64,000 nt of DNA from an uncultured virus (IMG/VR IMGVR_UViG_3300016482_000014) (lineage: Duplodnaviria > Heunggongvirae > Uroviricota > Caudoviricetes), in the IMG/VR virus record IMGVR_UViG_3300016482_000014, positions 1 through 64,000 of that record; one strand, written 5' to 3'. Below, piece after piece: positions 16,559 to 26,608 of the stretch. The position numbers and the translations under genes were made by a program. Position 1 is the stretch's first letter. Each line of letters begins with the position of its first letter. A model generated the notes under the pieces. The model was not told the DNA's origin. It searched no databases and saw only the letters and a program-made list of their open reading frames with translations.

Positions 16559-19110
16559 TATTCAGTCTCTCCTTGTGGTCGTTGCCCCATCTGGGCTTTT
16601 GTCTTGGCAATCTCAACACCCAGACGAACACCTTCAGCTTCCTGCTTGGCTCGGGCTTTCTCCATGTCCATGCTGGCTTTGAGCATCTCGAGTTGCGCTT
16701 GCGCTTCGAGCTTGGCACGTGCGGCAGCGGTCTGCATACCCAGTTGTGTACCCTGCTTTTCCATCTCGGCTTGGAGTTTCTCGCGTTCAAGCGCCAGCTT
16801 GTCTGCCTGAGCAGCAGCGTCAACCACCAACTGCTTCTCTTTGATCTCGACTTCACGAGCCTTCAACTGCAATTCAGCCTGTTGCATCTGGACGATCGGA
16901 TCTTGCTGGGCTTCCATGTTTTGCTGCATCTGCGCTTCGGCTTGGTGTTTCTGCAACAACTGGCCTGCGGCTTGTGCGCTCAGACGTGACAGCTCAACTT
17001 CCATCTGCTTGGGCAACTCATCATCCGGTGCGGGCAGTGTGGCACCAATCTGTCGCTGCATGGCTTCACGGTATGCAAACGCCACGTGTTCAGTGATGTG
17101 TGCTTGGGCTGCGGCAAGAAGTGCCTGTGCTTGTGGGTTCTGCCCCATGACTGCCATGAGCTTGGGATCTTGCATTGCTGCCATGTGCACAGTGATATGC
17201 GCCTCGTGATCTTGATACATGAACGCTTTCACGGGCTTGCCCATCAGAATGTTCATGTTCTCGCTGATCGGATCAACCGGTTTCTGGTCATCATCGAGTG
17301 GCACGAGCTTATCTGCGTCCTTGATCCCTAGTACATCGAGCATCTGACGATGGAGTTTTGGCAAGTTGTAGATCTGTGGAGCCATCTGTGCAAGCTGAAT
17401 AACAGCCTGATACTGAACGACTCGCTGAGCCAACGTCGATGCGTTGGGATCACTAACAGGGATAATCTCAACGTAACTGTAGTCCTGTTTCCTTGCGCGT
17501 TTGTGTCCATCTTCGGGTTCGTAATCATAGCGTGGTGAAGCAAAGTCTCTGATCAACCCAGCAAGGAGTTTCAACTCCTGCTTCATGGCGAAGTGCATCC
17601 GAGCCTGAACAGCAGACATCACCTTCAAGTTACGCTCGATCAGTGCCAGCGTGGTACCAACCGGGGCTTGCGCCGACATGTCAGATACCTTCATATCAGG
17701 CGTAGCTGCGAAGCGTCGTGCTTCCTCGGTAATAATGCCAAGAAGGGTAAGTAAAGTCTGTGATGGCTCTTTGTACGGCAACGGCATGATGTTGTCTTTC
17801 AACACACCACTTGCCACATCTACATCCCGGAACTCTCCCGGCGAGATGGGGGTGTCGTCCCCTTTGATCCTGAGTCCACGTGTCTTGAGTCCACCCGGGA
17901 GGTTTGCGAGGGTACCTGCGTCCACAAGCTGTCGAGTAATCGCCGTTGCCGACTTTGCAGAATTACCCACCAGATGAACCAAACCAAAACCGTAAGAACC
18001 AAACCCGGGCACATATTGATAGTGAACGAAGAACTGATTGGGTTTCTTGTATGCGTACTCTGCGTCAATCTTGTCTGGGATCGGATCCCAATTACGACGG
18101 ATAGACAGGATTGTGCTTGTCTCTTCGAGGATTGTGACGACGTATGGCAGCGGGATACCGGTGGGTTCACCGTCCTTGTCCTTGTCTTCAAACCCGGGAA
18201 TGTCCATCTCCACGTGCATCTCAAGCAACAGTGGGCGGTCATCGTATGTGGCAGAGAATCCGGTCTCTTCGTCCTTCGCCTTCTGGATGCTATCGGGCTT
18301 GATAGACGTAGTATCTGGAATCTCAACATCCGTGCGGTAGAAGCCTGACTCTTGCAGCTTGATCAGGTCAATCTTTGTCTTGCGCATCCTGTGTGTGATC
18401 CGGCCACACATGGAAATATCAGACGTACCATATGGCAGTACAACATCTTCTGCTGGAACAAACACAGAAACTTGGCGCCCGATTGTCGGATCGAAGTACA
18501 CCTTCTTGAACGCTGAACCTGCGATCGGCAGGTTCCACAACATCTTCTCATGCTCAGCGCGGTACTCCGGCATTTTCTCCGTCAACTGGTAGTTCATGTC
18601 TTCTTGGACACGCACAGCCGCATCAGTCTTTTCTGGAGTCACATCACCTATAATCTTTGTGCGTACCGGGCCGCTGGCTGGGAATGTCTCCATAATAGCT
18701 TCGGCTTGAAAGCGCACGGCGGCTTCAGCGATCATCGGGTGGTGTACACCGCAGGCTCCTTCCCAAGGCTCGGTACGCTCCTCGTACTTTAGCCCCAAGA
18801 GCTTGATGCCTTCTGTGTAAGTTTCTTCCCAGTCCCTGCGGGAGTTGAGGTCGTTGCGGTAGGCCTCGATCAAGTCGGATGCCATTGTCTGCATCACGCG
18901 GTCGTCGATGTAGTCCACCAAGTTTGCATCGAACGGAACACCATTCTCATCGACTTCTTCACCGGGCATGATTGTGATCTCGACCGACCCATCATCCAGT
19001 GTGACCATCTCTGGGTTGACGACTTCAATCTCCAACTCGGGAGCCTCGTTCTCGTCTTGCATCTCATCCATCCCCATCGGGGCGGCATACAGCCCTTTTT
19101 CGATTGCCAT
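16558..19110 (-). CDS. Portal protein (P22/podovirus-type)
   Basis: 850 aa after terminase; GSAFKKVY.D, YGFGL.HL.G, Q-rich C-terminal barrel. Confidence 0.85.
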   Translation of the reverse strand: MAIEKGLYAAPMGMDEMQDENEAPELEIEVVNPEMVTLDDGSVEITIMPGEEVDENGVPFDANLVDYIDDRVMQTMASDLIEAYRNDLNSRRDWEETYTEGIKLLGLKYEERTEPWEGACGVHHPMIAEAAVRFQAEAIMETFPASGPVRTKIIGDVTPEKTDAAVRVQEDMNYQLTEKMPEYRAEHEKMLWNLPIAGSAFKKVYFDPTIGRQVSVFVPAEDVVLPYGTSDISMCGRITHRMRKTKIDLIKLQESGFYRTDVEIPDTTSIKPDSIQKAKDEETGFSATYDDRPLLLEMHVEMDIPGFEDKDKDGEPTGIPLPYVVTILEETSTILSIRRNWDPIPDKIDAEYAYKKPNQFFVHYQYVPGFGSYGFGLVHLVGNSAKSATAITRQLVDAGTLANLPGGLKTRGLRIKGDDTPISPGEFRDVDVASGVLKDNIMPLPYKEPSQTLLTLLGIITEEARRFAATPDMKVSDMSAQAPVGTTLALIERNLKVMSAVQARMHFAMKQELKLLAGLIRDFASPRYDYEPEDGHKRARKQDYSYVEIIPVSDPNASTLAQRVVQYQAVIQLAQMAPQIYNLPKLHRQMLDVLGIKDADKLVPLDDDQKPVDPISENMNILMGKPVKAFMYQDHEAHITVHMAAMQDPKLMAVMGQNPQAQALLAAAQAHITEHVAFAYREAMQRQIGATLPAPDDELPKQMEVELSRLSAQAAGQLLQKHQAEAQMQQNMEAQQDPIVQMQQAELQLKAREVEIKEKQLVVDAAAQADKLALEREKLQAEMEKQGTQLGMQTAAARAKLEAQAQLEMLKASMDMEKARAKQEAEGVRLGVEIAKTKAQMGQRPQGETE

Positions 19111-19123
19111 AATTGTTCCTTAC

Positions 19124-20647
19124 TTAGTAGTATGCTGCCTTTCTGGGGTACATTATCTCGTCCGGCTCATCGGTATCGAGTCTAATAAACCCACCGTTTC
19201 TGAATCTTGCCAACGCCATACTCACGCAGTCAACCATGTCGTCATGTTCGGCAGCGGGGAAGGCAGCGACTTGTTCCACCACTTCCTCAGCCCACTTGTA
19301 TCCGTCTGGATACCACACCATTCCGGACTTGACAATATCTGCAACAGCGTTAATACGTGCTATCTTATCACCTGTGCCTCTATGCGGGGTAAATTCCTGC
19401 ACGGGTATCCCCATGCGCCGAAGTTCCTGAAACAGAGGTGTTCCGCTGGATTTCTTTTCCACGATGAACGAGTCCGGCTGCCATTCCTTGAACTCCCTGA
19501 GCGCCAGCTCCTTTAACTCTGGGAACTCAACCCGCACGTTGATCGCATTGAGCAGGATGATGTGACTCGCCCCACTTGTTAGCTCGTCATCACTGAACAC
19601 CCCCCACGTCAGGAGCGCTGTGAAGTCCGCCCGGTTTGTTTTCTCGGCTGCGGCGTCAAGTGTCATGATGATATATTCACAGGCGGGGGCTTTATCCCGC
19701 TCCCAACGCCGCCACCACCCACGTTTTATGAGCGCACCTCCCTCGGCGGTCGGGTTCTGCTGGTACTGCGCGTTCCACTGGAACACCGGCATGGACGCTT
19801 TTGTGCGGTGCAGCGCGTCTAAATCGTAAAACTCAGGCCAGAGTGCCTTCTCGTTGTCGGTATTCTCGTTAAATATCGCCGGAAACTCGAAGAAGTGGTA
19901 CTGGTCGGACTCGGGTATGCGCACCATGTCCTTAGCCAAGCGACCAATCAGGTCTGCCGGGTGCCAACGAGTGTGCACGATGGCAACTTTACCCTGTGGC
20001 ATCAGACGTGTGCGGGCACCGTACGTGAACCACTCATAGGCTTTCTCAAAAACCTCGTAATTTCCATTCAAAACGTCCTGTTCCGAGAACGGATCGTCAA
20101 TAATCAGGAAATGCGCACCGCGGCCCGCCAATGCAGCACCCACACCACATGCGTAATACTCTCCGCCAGCGTTTGTGTTCCATCTTCCGGCGCTTTTTGA
20201 GTCGGCTGCAAGAGTTACATTCGGAAAAATGGCCTTATAAGCGTCACTTCCGACCAAGTTTCGCACTTTTCGACCGAAGTCCACCGCCAAATCAGCCGTG
20301 TGGGAGACCATCAACACCTTTTTATCAGGGTTTCGACCCAGATACCAAGCAGGAAAGAAGATAGATACGAGCTGTGACTTACCATGACGAGGTGGCACGG
20401 ACACACCAATACGGTCTTCTTCCCCTCTTTCCATCGCCATCAGCAGATCGGCAAGCCGTCTGTGGTGTTTCCCCACCTTGTAGTTGGGATCCATGGCCTT
20501 GCAAAACTCAATCAGGTCGTCCCTGCACCGCTCTGCGGCTTGTCTGGACTCCAACTCTTCCAATGACAGCAGTACTTCAGCAAGCTCTTCCTCTGTGAGC
20601 TTATCCAGATTGGCTTGCAAAAACTCAATCTCGCTAGACTGAAGCAT
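19124..20647 (-). CDS. terL: Terminase large subunit
   Basis: PPRHGKS Walker A, LIIDDP Walker B, TRWH, YQQ.P, RNaseH-like ..HDDMVD. Confidence 0.95.
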   Translation of the reverse strand: MLQSSEIEFLQANLDKLTEEELAEVLLSLEELESRQAAERCRDDLIEFCKAMDPNYKVGKHHRRLADLLMAMERGEEDRIGVSVPPRHGKSQLVSIFFPAWYLGRNPDKKVLMVSHTADLAVDFGRKVRNLVGSDAYKAIFPNVTLAADSKSAGRWNTNAGGEYYACGVGAALAGRGAHFLIIDDPFSEQDVLNGNYEVFEKAYEWFTYGARTRLMPQGKVAIVHTRWHPADLIGRLAKDMVRIPESDQYHFFEFPAIFNENTDNEKALWPEFYDLDALHRTKASMPVFQWNAQYQQNPTAEGGALIKRGWWRRWERDKAPACEYIIMTLDAAAEKTNRADFTALLTWGVFSDDELTSGASHIILLNAINVRVEFPELKELALREFKEWQPDSFIVEKKSSGTPLFQELRRMGIPVQEFTPHRGTGDKIARINAVADIVKSGMVWYPDGYKWAEEVVEQVAAFPAAEHDDMVDCVSMALARFRNGGFIRLDTDEPDEIMYPRKAAYY

Positions 20648-21227
20648 TTTTTGGTGGTGTGAGCAGAATATCTGTCAACCCTTCCACCCGTCCCTGCACT
20701 TCTTCCATGCTGGCAACACGTGGCTCGATGTCTTGGGCTGTGGATTTCTTCCCGATGAGTGCAGCGATCTTATCGCGCACTTTTTGTTCCAACTCGACGG
20801 TTGTCTGATGCTTGACCGTGACTTCACTGCGCTCGGTAAATAGCCCAACCTCGCTGATCTTACCCAGCAGCTCCAGCGCACGGATACGGTTTTTACTGCC
20901 GGGGGCGGCTTCTTCTATTAGAGAGTTCGTCACAAACGTGCGAATCTGGGCTGCGGTCTTGGCAACTTGTACGTCGTACTCGGTGAGGAGCGCACGGAGG
21001 TGTACCGCAGTGGCGGAATCTTGCACTGCACTGACTGGTAGTTGTTCTGTTAACACTTTCCGAGCGGTACTGGTTGCAAAAGGCGTGGTGCCTTCAGGCT
21101 TTCCGAAGATCTCGATGTACTCGCTGGAATTGAACATGGCTTCAGCCGCCTCACGCATTTGCGCATGGGACAACACCCCAAACCCAACGGGAGCGGCAAG
21201 CACTTCGGGTTGCAGTTCGACTTTCAT
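20634..21227 (-). CDS. Putative terminase small subunit
   Basis: Upstream of terL; RIRALELLGK...GLFTER motif. Confidence 0.7.
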   Translation of the reverse strand: MKVELQPEVLAAPVGFGVLSHAQMREAAEAMFNSSEYIEIFGKPEGTTPFATSTARKVLTEQLPVSAVQDSATAVHLRALLTEYDVQVAKTAAQIRTFVTNSLIEEAAPGSKNRIRALELLGKISEVGLFTERSEVTVKHQTTVELEQKVRDKIAALIGKKSTAQDIEPRVASMEEVQGRVEGLTDILLTPPKNASV

Positions 21228-21256
21228 ACGCGATACCTAGTGGTACGTTTGTGCGT

Positions 21257-21285
21257 AGTGTATATATTAATTATGTAGTGGGCAA
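21257..21285 (-). promoter_or_regulatory. Promoter for packaging/late arm
   Basis: TTGCCC-N17-TACACT. Confidence 0.5.
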
Positions 21286-21631
21286 GGGATTTTTGGCATA
21301 GGTACTTTAAAAAGTGACGGGGGGTGTTCGCAGATTGAGGGGGTGGGGTCGAAGGACTAAGGAATATAAAGGATGGGATAAATTTGGGAGATTTAGGAAA
21401 ACTTAGCGAATTTGGTAGTTGTTTGCGCGGATTACAGTGCAATGCGGCAGCGTCGGTCATCGGCGATTTAGGGGGGTCGGGGTACGGTGGGTACTATCAT
21501 TGGGCCAGCCCGAGATTTCCCGGTGATTCGGCGAGAATGAGAATCATTGCCAATACCTGCACATAATACCCTTTGCGTCACATAATGCCCACAATACCAA
21601 CTTAATACAGTATTAAGATAGTCCAACCCTA

Positions 21632-21661
21632 TTGACAATCCGTGTATATATCGCCTATAAT
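21632..21661 (+). promoter_or_regulatory. Early sigma70 promoter
   Basis: TTGACA-N18-TATAAT. Confidence 0.8.
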
Positions 21662-21717
21662 GTAATTACTGTGATTGATCACAGTTAATCAACTAATCAA
21701 CTAATAAGGAATACATC

Positions 21718-22323
21718 ATGTCAAACACTAAACAATCAAAGGTTTCTGTTGCTGCTGCTAAATCCATTGAGACCGCCAAGTCGTGCCTGATTGAATTGTG
21801 CAATGCCATTACTGCCAAAGATCAATCGGTGGTTATGGCGCGCAATGCGATGTCTAAACTCATCAAGACCAAAGTTACTCTTGGGCCGCTCAAGACTTGC
21901 GCAATGGCACAATTTTTCCGTGATTCCTTGTGCAGTATGACTAACCCTAATACTGGCAAACCATACTCGGATGGGACTGCTAGTAATTACCTGACTGCCA
22001 TGCGCCGATCAATTAAGACTGGTGAACCATTGGATCTTAACAAGTCACGTTCCGATGCTAAGGCTAAACCTGCAGGCCAGTCAAAAACCCCGGCCAAAAA
22101 AGATAAGGCCGCTCTTGTTGAACCATCCGTGATGGAAGACGATTCCGAGATGGCAAGTGATGAACCAAAAACACCAGCAGTCAAACCCGGTGCATTTAAG
22201 TCTAATGATGACGCCATTGCAGCACTCAAGACCGCCATCAAAAACGTTAAGCTGTCCTGCACCTTGAAACAATGGGAAGCGATACAAACCCTGTACCCTC
22301 AAATCGGAAAGCTCACTGATTAA
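21718..22323 (+). CDS. First early gene, hypothetical protein
   Basis: 201 aa with own promoter, RBS AAGGA and terminator. Confidence 0.75.
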   Translation: MSNTKQSKVSVAAAKSIETAKSCLIELCNAITAKDQSVVMARNAMSKLIKTKVTLGPLKTCAMAQFFRDSLCSMTNPNTGKPYSDGTASNYLTAMRRSIKTGEPLDLNKSRSDAKAKPAGQSKTPAKKDKAALVEPSVMEDDSEMASDEPKTPAVKPGAFKSNDDAIAALKTAIKNVKLSCTLKQWEAIQTLYPQIGKLTD

Positions 22324-22343
22324 CTTCATACCGTATGAAGATC

Positions 22344-22368
22344 AACCCCGGCAATGCCGGGGTTTTTT
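22344..22368 (+). terminator. Rho-independent terminator
   Basis: AACCCCGGC-AAT-GCCGGGGTT-TTTT. Confidence 0.85.
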
Positions 22369-22577
22369 ATTGCCCGCATGGTTCACGCCCTGCGGGTTTT
22401 TTCTCGCCCAAAAATTCTGAACTGCAAAACCTAAAAATACTATCATCAGGTGGCAGGTGGCAGGCGACAGGCATCAGGCGCGGCAGCGCCCAACTTCATA
22501 CGGTATGAAGTTCGTGTACTGGTACATCGAACATGAAACATGGTACAATGTGGTACACAAACTTTGAGGAGCTGATC

Positions 22578-22898
22578 ATGGATCGCCAAGACATTGCAAA
22601 CGTATATGTACGATACAACGAACAAACCAAATCCATACGTGATTGGTGCAAGGAATTGCATCTGAACTACGCAACCGTGCGGGTGCGATACATACGTGGC
22701 GCGAAAGGGGACAAACTGTTTGCGCCTACCAATAACAACCCCAAACCAATTGACCTGAATGCCTTTCTAGGGGACGAGATGTTTCAACAAGTGGCAGAGT
22801 TATCGGCGCACTTTCAGACAACCCCAGCGAAGCTGGTGCGGCACATGGTCACACATGGCATAACCAAGATGCAGAAGATGATGAGCAGTGAGCAGTGA
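22578..22898 (+). CDS. Putative DNA-binding protein
   Basis: RBS GAGGAG; YNEQTKSIRDWCKELHLNYATVRVR resembles homing-endonuclease C-terminal HTH. Confidence 0.55.
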   Translation: MDRQDIANVYVRYNEQTKSIRDWCKELHLNYATVRVRYIRGAKGDKLFAPTNNNPKPIDLNAFLGDEMFQQVAELSAHFQTTPAKLVRHMVTHGITKMQKMMSSEQ

Positions 22899-22902
22899 CA
22901 AG

Positions 22903-22924
22903 AAACCCCGCTTCGGCGGGGTTT
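22903..22924 (+). terminator. Terminator hairpin
   Basis: AAACCCCGC-TTCG-GCGGGGTTT. Confidence 0.75.
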
Positions 22925-22932
22925 GTACTTTT

Positions 22933-23382
22933 TTGATGTTCTTGTTCCCGGTTTTTTGCAGGGCGTTCCCGGAGAGTGCCGTACATAACATAACTGACAC
23001 CGGCGTTAATAGCAGTTCACAAATGATACATTCTGGTGTGTTCATAAGTGTTAAAACAAATAATAATAAATATAAATATAAATAAATAATAATAGAGGAA
23101 GAGAATGTTCCGCTACAAGATTCTGGGTTTCCCAAAAACGGTACAGTATGATGTNNNNNNNNNNNNNNNNNNNNNNNNNNNNNNNNNNNNNNNACATCAT
23201 ACTGTACCGTTTTTGCCCAACTTACCCTTTCAGAACAAGAACATCAAGAACATCGACCCCCCATCTCCCCGCAAACCCGCATGGATAAACGATCTACGTG
23301 TTCCCGACCTACCAGAACACGCCCCATCATAATTAACACCCACACACATAATCCACAATACACGCTAGAACATCACAGAACA
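22933..23382. other. Putative replication origin (contains 39-N assembly gap 23155-23193)
   Basis: Non-coding; 22-bp inverted repeat flanking the gap, AT tract, opposed TGTTC/GAACA motifs. Confidence 0.55.
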
Positions 23383-23389
23383 CCGACAC

Positions 23390-23418
23390 TTGACAATACC
23401 GCTTATTTAGGTTATAAT
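23390..23418 (+). promoter_or_regulatory. Early sigma70 promoter
   Basis: Perfect TTGACA-N17-TATAAT. Confidence 0.85.
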
Positions 23419-23513
23419 GTAGTTATGGGTCAGTAATTGTCTATCCCATACAACCCAACTTCATACCGTATTAAGTAACAATCAACAAACCAACCAACGA
23501 GGAACACCCCATC

Positions 23514-23711
23514 ATGCTCTACCACTGCCAACACTGCGGCAACACCTACCCCCAAGCACGAGCCAACCTAGGCTACAAATTATGCCTGCCATGCGGCGAG
23601 ACCGCTGCTAAAAAAGTGCGGCATTGTGTAGTGCCAATGTCAAAAAGTAATTATGTGTATGTAAGCAATCGTTCCCTGCTATCGCAGCTCAACCCAAAGA
23701 AAACCACATAA
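23514..23711 (+). CDS. Small C4 zinc-finger protein (DksA/TraR-like finger)
   Basis: CQHCG.....R...GY..C..CGE..A. Confidence 0.65.
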   Translation: MLYHCQHCGNTYPQARANLGYKLCLPCGETAAKKVRHCVVPMSKSNYVYVSNRSLLSQLNPKKTT

Positions 23712-23785
23712 CACAACACCACCAACCCAACCCAACCCAACCCAACTTAATACCGTATTAACTTACCAACCCACAAGGAGTAATC

Positions 23786-25105
23786 ATGACGCACACTACC
23801 AACACACCCACCACCCCGGTGCTCACCCAAGCCCAGTTTCAAACCATCTATTCATCCCCATTGCTGCTGGGCGACCCATCAGACTGGCATCACCGCACTC
23901 AACTACTGCACATCCTGCAAGCGTCCCGCCCATGGTTTAAAGACCTGACCATCCGCTTTAACCACCACCCGGCACTTAAACAACTCTTTAACCAGTACAA
24001 GTACAGCCAGTACATCGCCGACTGGCGGGAGATGATACTCGAGTGGCCGCATGAGTCCGAGGAACAGCCCGGCATGGTGGCGTATACCCAGAACGAGGAC
24101 AAAGGGGTGCGGGACATACAGACGCGAATCACATTGGGCAAATACTTGCGGCGGCACTGCCCGACCATGCCAGACCACGTACTCAGAGACTTTTGTGCGC
24201 TGCACGATACGACTGCAGGGTACATGCACATAACAAATGACCTCAACGAGATCATCGAAGCGGTACAACAAGGCCCATCGTCATGTATGCAGGACGACTC
24301 ATGGGATGACACGGACGAGGATGGCGACTACCTCGATCACCCGTATCGGGTATACGACCCTGAGTTTGGCTGGCACATGGCGATACGCAAGGTGGGTGAT
24401 CAGATCATTGGCAGGTGCCTGTGCTTGGCACACGGTGAGGCTAAGTTTTTTGTGCGGTCATATCGCAAGACCGACAGCCAGTCACCCACGGACACAGCAC
24501 TCGAGGCATGGCTGACCAACCAAGGGTATGAGAAGCTCTGCGAGTGGCCAGAAGGGACACGGCTTGCGTGTGTGACAAACAGTTTCGGGGATACCCTCAT
24601 GCCATACATCGACGGTGAGAACAAGCGAGTGGCTGAGAATACGTTTTGTTTTGTGATCCACAGCCGGGGTGAGTATCGCGCTGACAATACCGATGGCTTG
24701 CTACAAGCAAGCGGGTACGTGTGCCCAGACTGCGGCGACACGGTAGACGAGGACGACACGTACAGCACCGGGTATCATGGCGACCACTCCGTGTGCCGTG
24801 GGTGTCTCGAGGGTAGCTACGTCAGCGTATACGGCAGATGCCGTGAGCAGTACTACGTACACCAGGGCGATGCAGTTTGGGTCGAGGGCTGGGAGGAGTA
24901 CGTGGACAATGACTACCTTGAGCATAACGACATCGTGTGGTGCGAGGATCGCGGCGAGTACTGGAGGGCAGATGATTGCTGGCAGTGCCAAGCTACGAAT
25001 GAGTGGTATCCGAGTGAGCATTACGAATATGTATTAGTGGACGATGAGACGTACCACCCTGACCATGCACCTGAGACTGAAGAGGAAACCGAACAAACAA
25101 CTTAA
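23786..25105 (+). CDS. Hypothetical protein with C-terminal Cys-rich/acidic repeats
   Basis: GKYL.RH, GP.SCM, HPY.VY, FVRSY; CPDC...C..C; RBS AAGGAG. Confidence 0.7.
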   Translation: MTHTTNTPTTPVLTQAQFQTIYSSPLLLGDPSDWHHRTQLLHILQASRPWFKDLTIRFNHHPALKQLFNQYKYSQYIADWREMILEWPHESEEQPGMVAYTQNEDKGVRDIQTRITLGKYLRRHCPTMPDHVLRDFCALHDTTAGYMHITNDLNEIIEAVQQGPSSCMQDDSWDDTDEDGDYLDHPYRVYDPEFGWHMAIRKVGDQIIGRCLCLAHGEAKFFVRSYRKTDSQSPTDTALEAWLTNQGYEKLCEWPEGTRLACVTNSFGDTLMPYIDGENKRVAENTFCFVIHSRGEYRADNTDGLLQASGYVCPDCGDTVDEDDTYSTGYHGDHSVCRGCLEGSYVSVYGRCREQYYVHQGDAVWVEGWEEYVDNDYLEHNDIVWCEDRGEYWRADDCWQCQATNEWYPSEHYEYVLVDDETYHPDHAPETEEETEQTT

Positions 25106-25155
25106 TACCGTATGAAGGACGCAATACCCACAACCAACTAACGAAAGGACATACC

Positions 25156-26283
25156 ATGAGCACAACCAACCAACACATCGACACAATCTATTACCCATAT
25201 CTCACCAGTTTCTTTGCACACAAGCGACCACATGGTTCGCAGGGCGAGGCACAATGGATACAAACCCACATACTGCATGAACTAAACATACGCAACATAC
25301 AGTGGTACTTCGATGATGCGCGGAACATCCACGTCGACAGACGTAATATCGAATCAAACCCAAACCCACGCCCATCCCGAACACTGTTCGTTGCCCACAC
25401 TGATACCGTACACAAAGACGATAACGGATACCAGCGTGTCACGATTGACGACGAGCAAGTCATGCGGGTACTACCTACGAACACCAACTGCCTCGGTGCG
25501 GATGATGGGGCTGGGGTTCTCGTGTTGCTTGCATTGATACTCAATGGGGTATCTGGATACTTTATTTTTACGCGAGGGGAAGAGCGAGGCGGTATCGGGT
25601 CATCCCATCTGGCCATGCAGCAGTTCGACTTGCTAAGTGAGTTCGACCGGGCAATTGCGTTTGACCGCAAGGGTACATCGTCAGTCATCACACACCAAGC
25701 ATACGGCAGGTGTTGCTCTGATGTATTCGCAGATGCGCTCAGTGATGCGCTGTCTAACGATGAGTTGATGTACGCACCCGATGCGACAGGCGTGTACACC
25801 GACACGGCAGAGTTTATCAACGTGATCCCCGAGTGTACTAATGTGAGTGTGGGGTATATGAACGAGCATACGGTAGGGGAGTCTCTTGACTTGCGGCACC
25901 TCGGTGCGCTGATCCGTCGATGCGTAACGCTTGATTGGGAAGCATTGCCCACGGCGCGTGATCCGCTGGAGGATGAGATCGAGAAATTCGAGGAAGGTTG
26001 GTACAAGTACAACTTCAACAACACTACGTACAACGACTTCAACATGATGGCGTACGACATGTGTGTGCAAGCCTACCGTGGCAACAGTGATGAGTTCCTG
26101 TGGATGGTGGCTGAGGCCGTCAACCCTGCCGATCCTGACGAGGTGTACCGTGATATCTGGAGTGCCAAGATACCTGACAACGTGCTGCTGCAGTGCATGA
26201 AGGACTTGGATCATGCGGAGGACGATGTGCAAACCATGCAGGCACTGCTCAGTGTGTATGACTATATGGGAGTGATGAGATGA
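25156..26283 (+). CDS. M20/M28-family Zn-dependent peptidase
   Basis: AHTDTVH, LGADDGAG, GEERGGIGS, FDRKG, YTDTAEF, NVSVGY..EHT. Confidence 0.85.
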   Translation: MSTTNQHIDTIYYPYLTSFFAHKRPHGSQGEAQWIQTHILHELNIRNIQWYFDDARNIHVDRRNIESNPNPRPSRTLFVAHTDTVHKDDNGYQRVTIDDEQVMRVLPTNTNCLGADDGAGVLVLLALILNGVSGYFIFTRGEERGGIGSSHLAMQQFDLLSEFDRAIAFDRKGTSSVITHQAYGRCCSDVFADALSDALSNDELMYAPDATGVYTDTAEFINVIPECTNVSVGYMNEHTVGESLDLRHLGALIRRCVTLDWEALPTARDPLEDEIEKFEEGWYKYNFNNTTYNDFNMMAYDMCVQAYRGNSDEFLWMVAEAVNPADPDEVYRDIWSAKIPDNVLLQCMKDLDHAEDDVQTMQALLSVYDYMGVMR

Positions 26284-26608
26284 GCGACACATACAAACAA
26301 TTTATAGCTGCGCTGCACTACGCAGCGTGGACACGCAAGGGCATCAGCATTGTGGGCAGCGACTTCACCCATGAAGAAGTTGCCAAGATAGTTGAAGAAC
26401 TTGAAACGCTAACCACAAAGGAAACAAAATGAAAAAGTACACCGTTTTGCTTGAGAGAACCATGTTCACCGAGGTGGTGATCGAAGCCGAGAATGATGAC
26501 GATGCAGAGCGTAAAGCATGGGACGCTGCCATCGCCATGGAGAAAGCTAACCCCATCACGGATGATCTCGGTGAGATCGCCGTATACAGCGTGGAGGAAT
26601 TGAAATGA
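26280..26608 (+). CDS. Two small coupled ORFs (26280-26432, 26429-26608)
   Basis: Manual translation; ATGA overlaps and RBSs. Confidence 0.55.

Noticed and set aside
23133..23215. Protelomerase (telRL) hairpin-end site
   Set aside because: No protelomerase recognised in the window; the centre is unsequenced and the context fits an origin better
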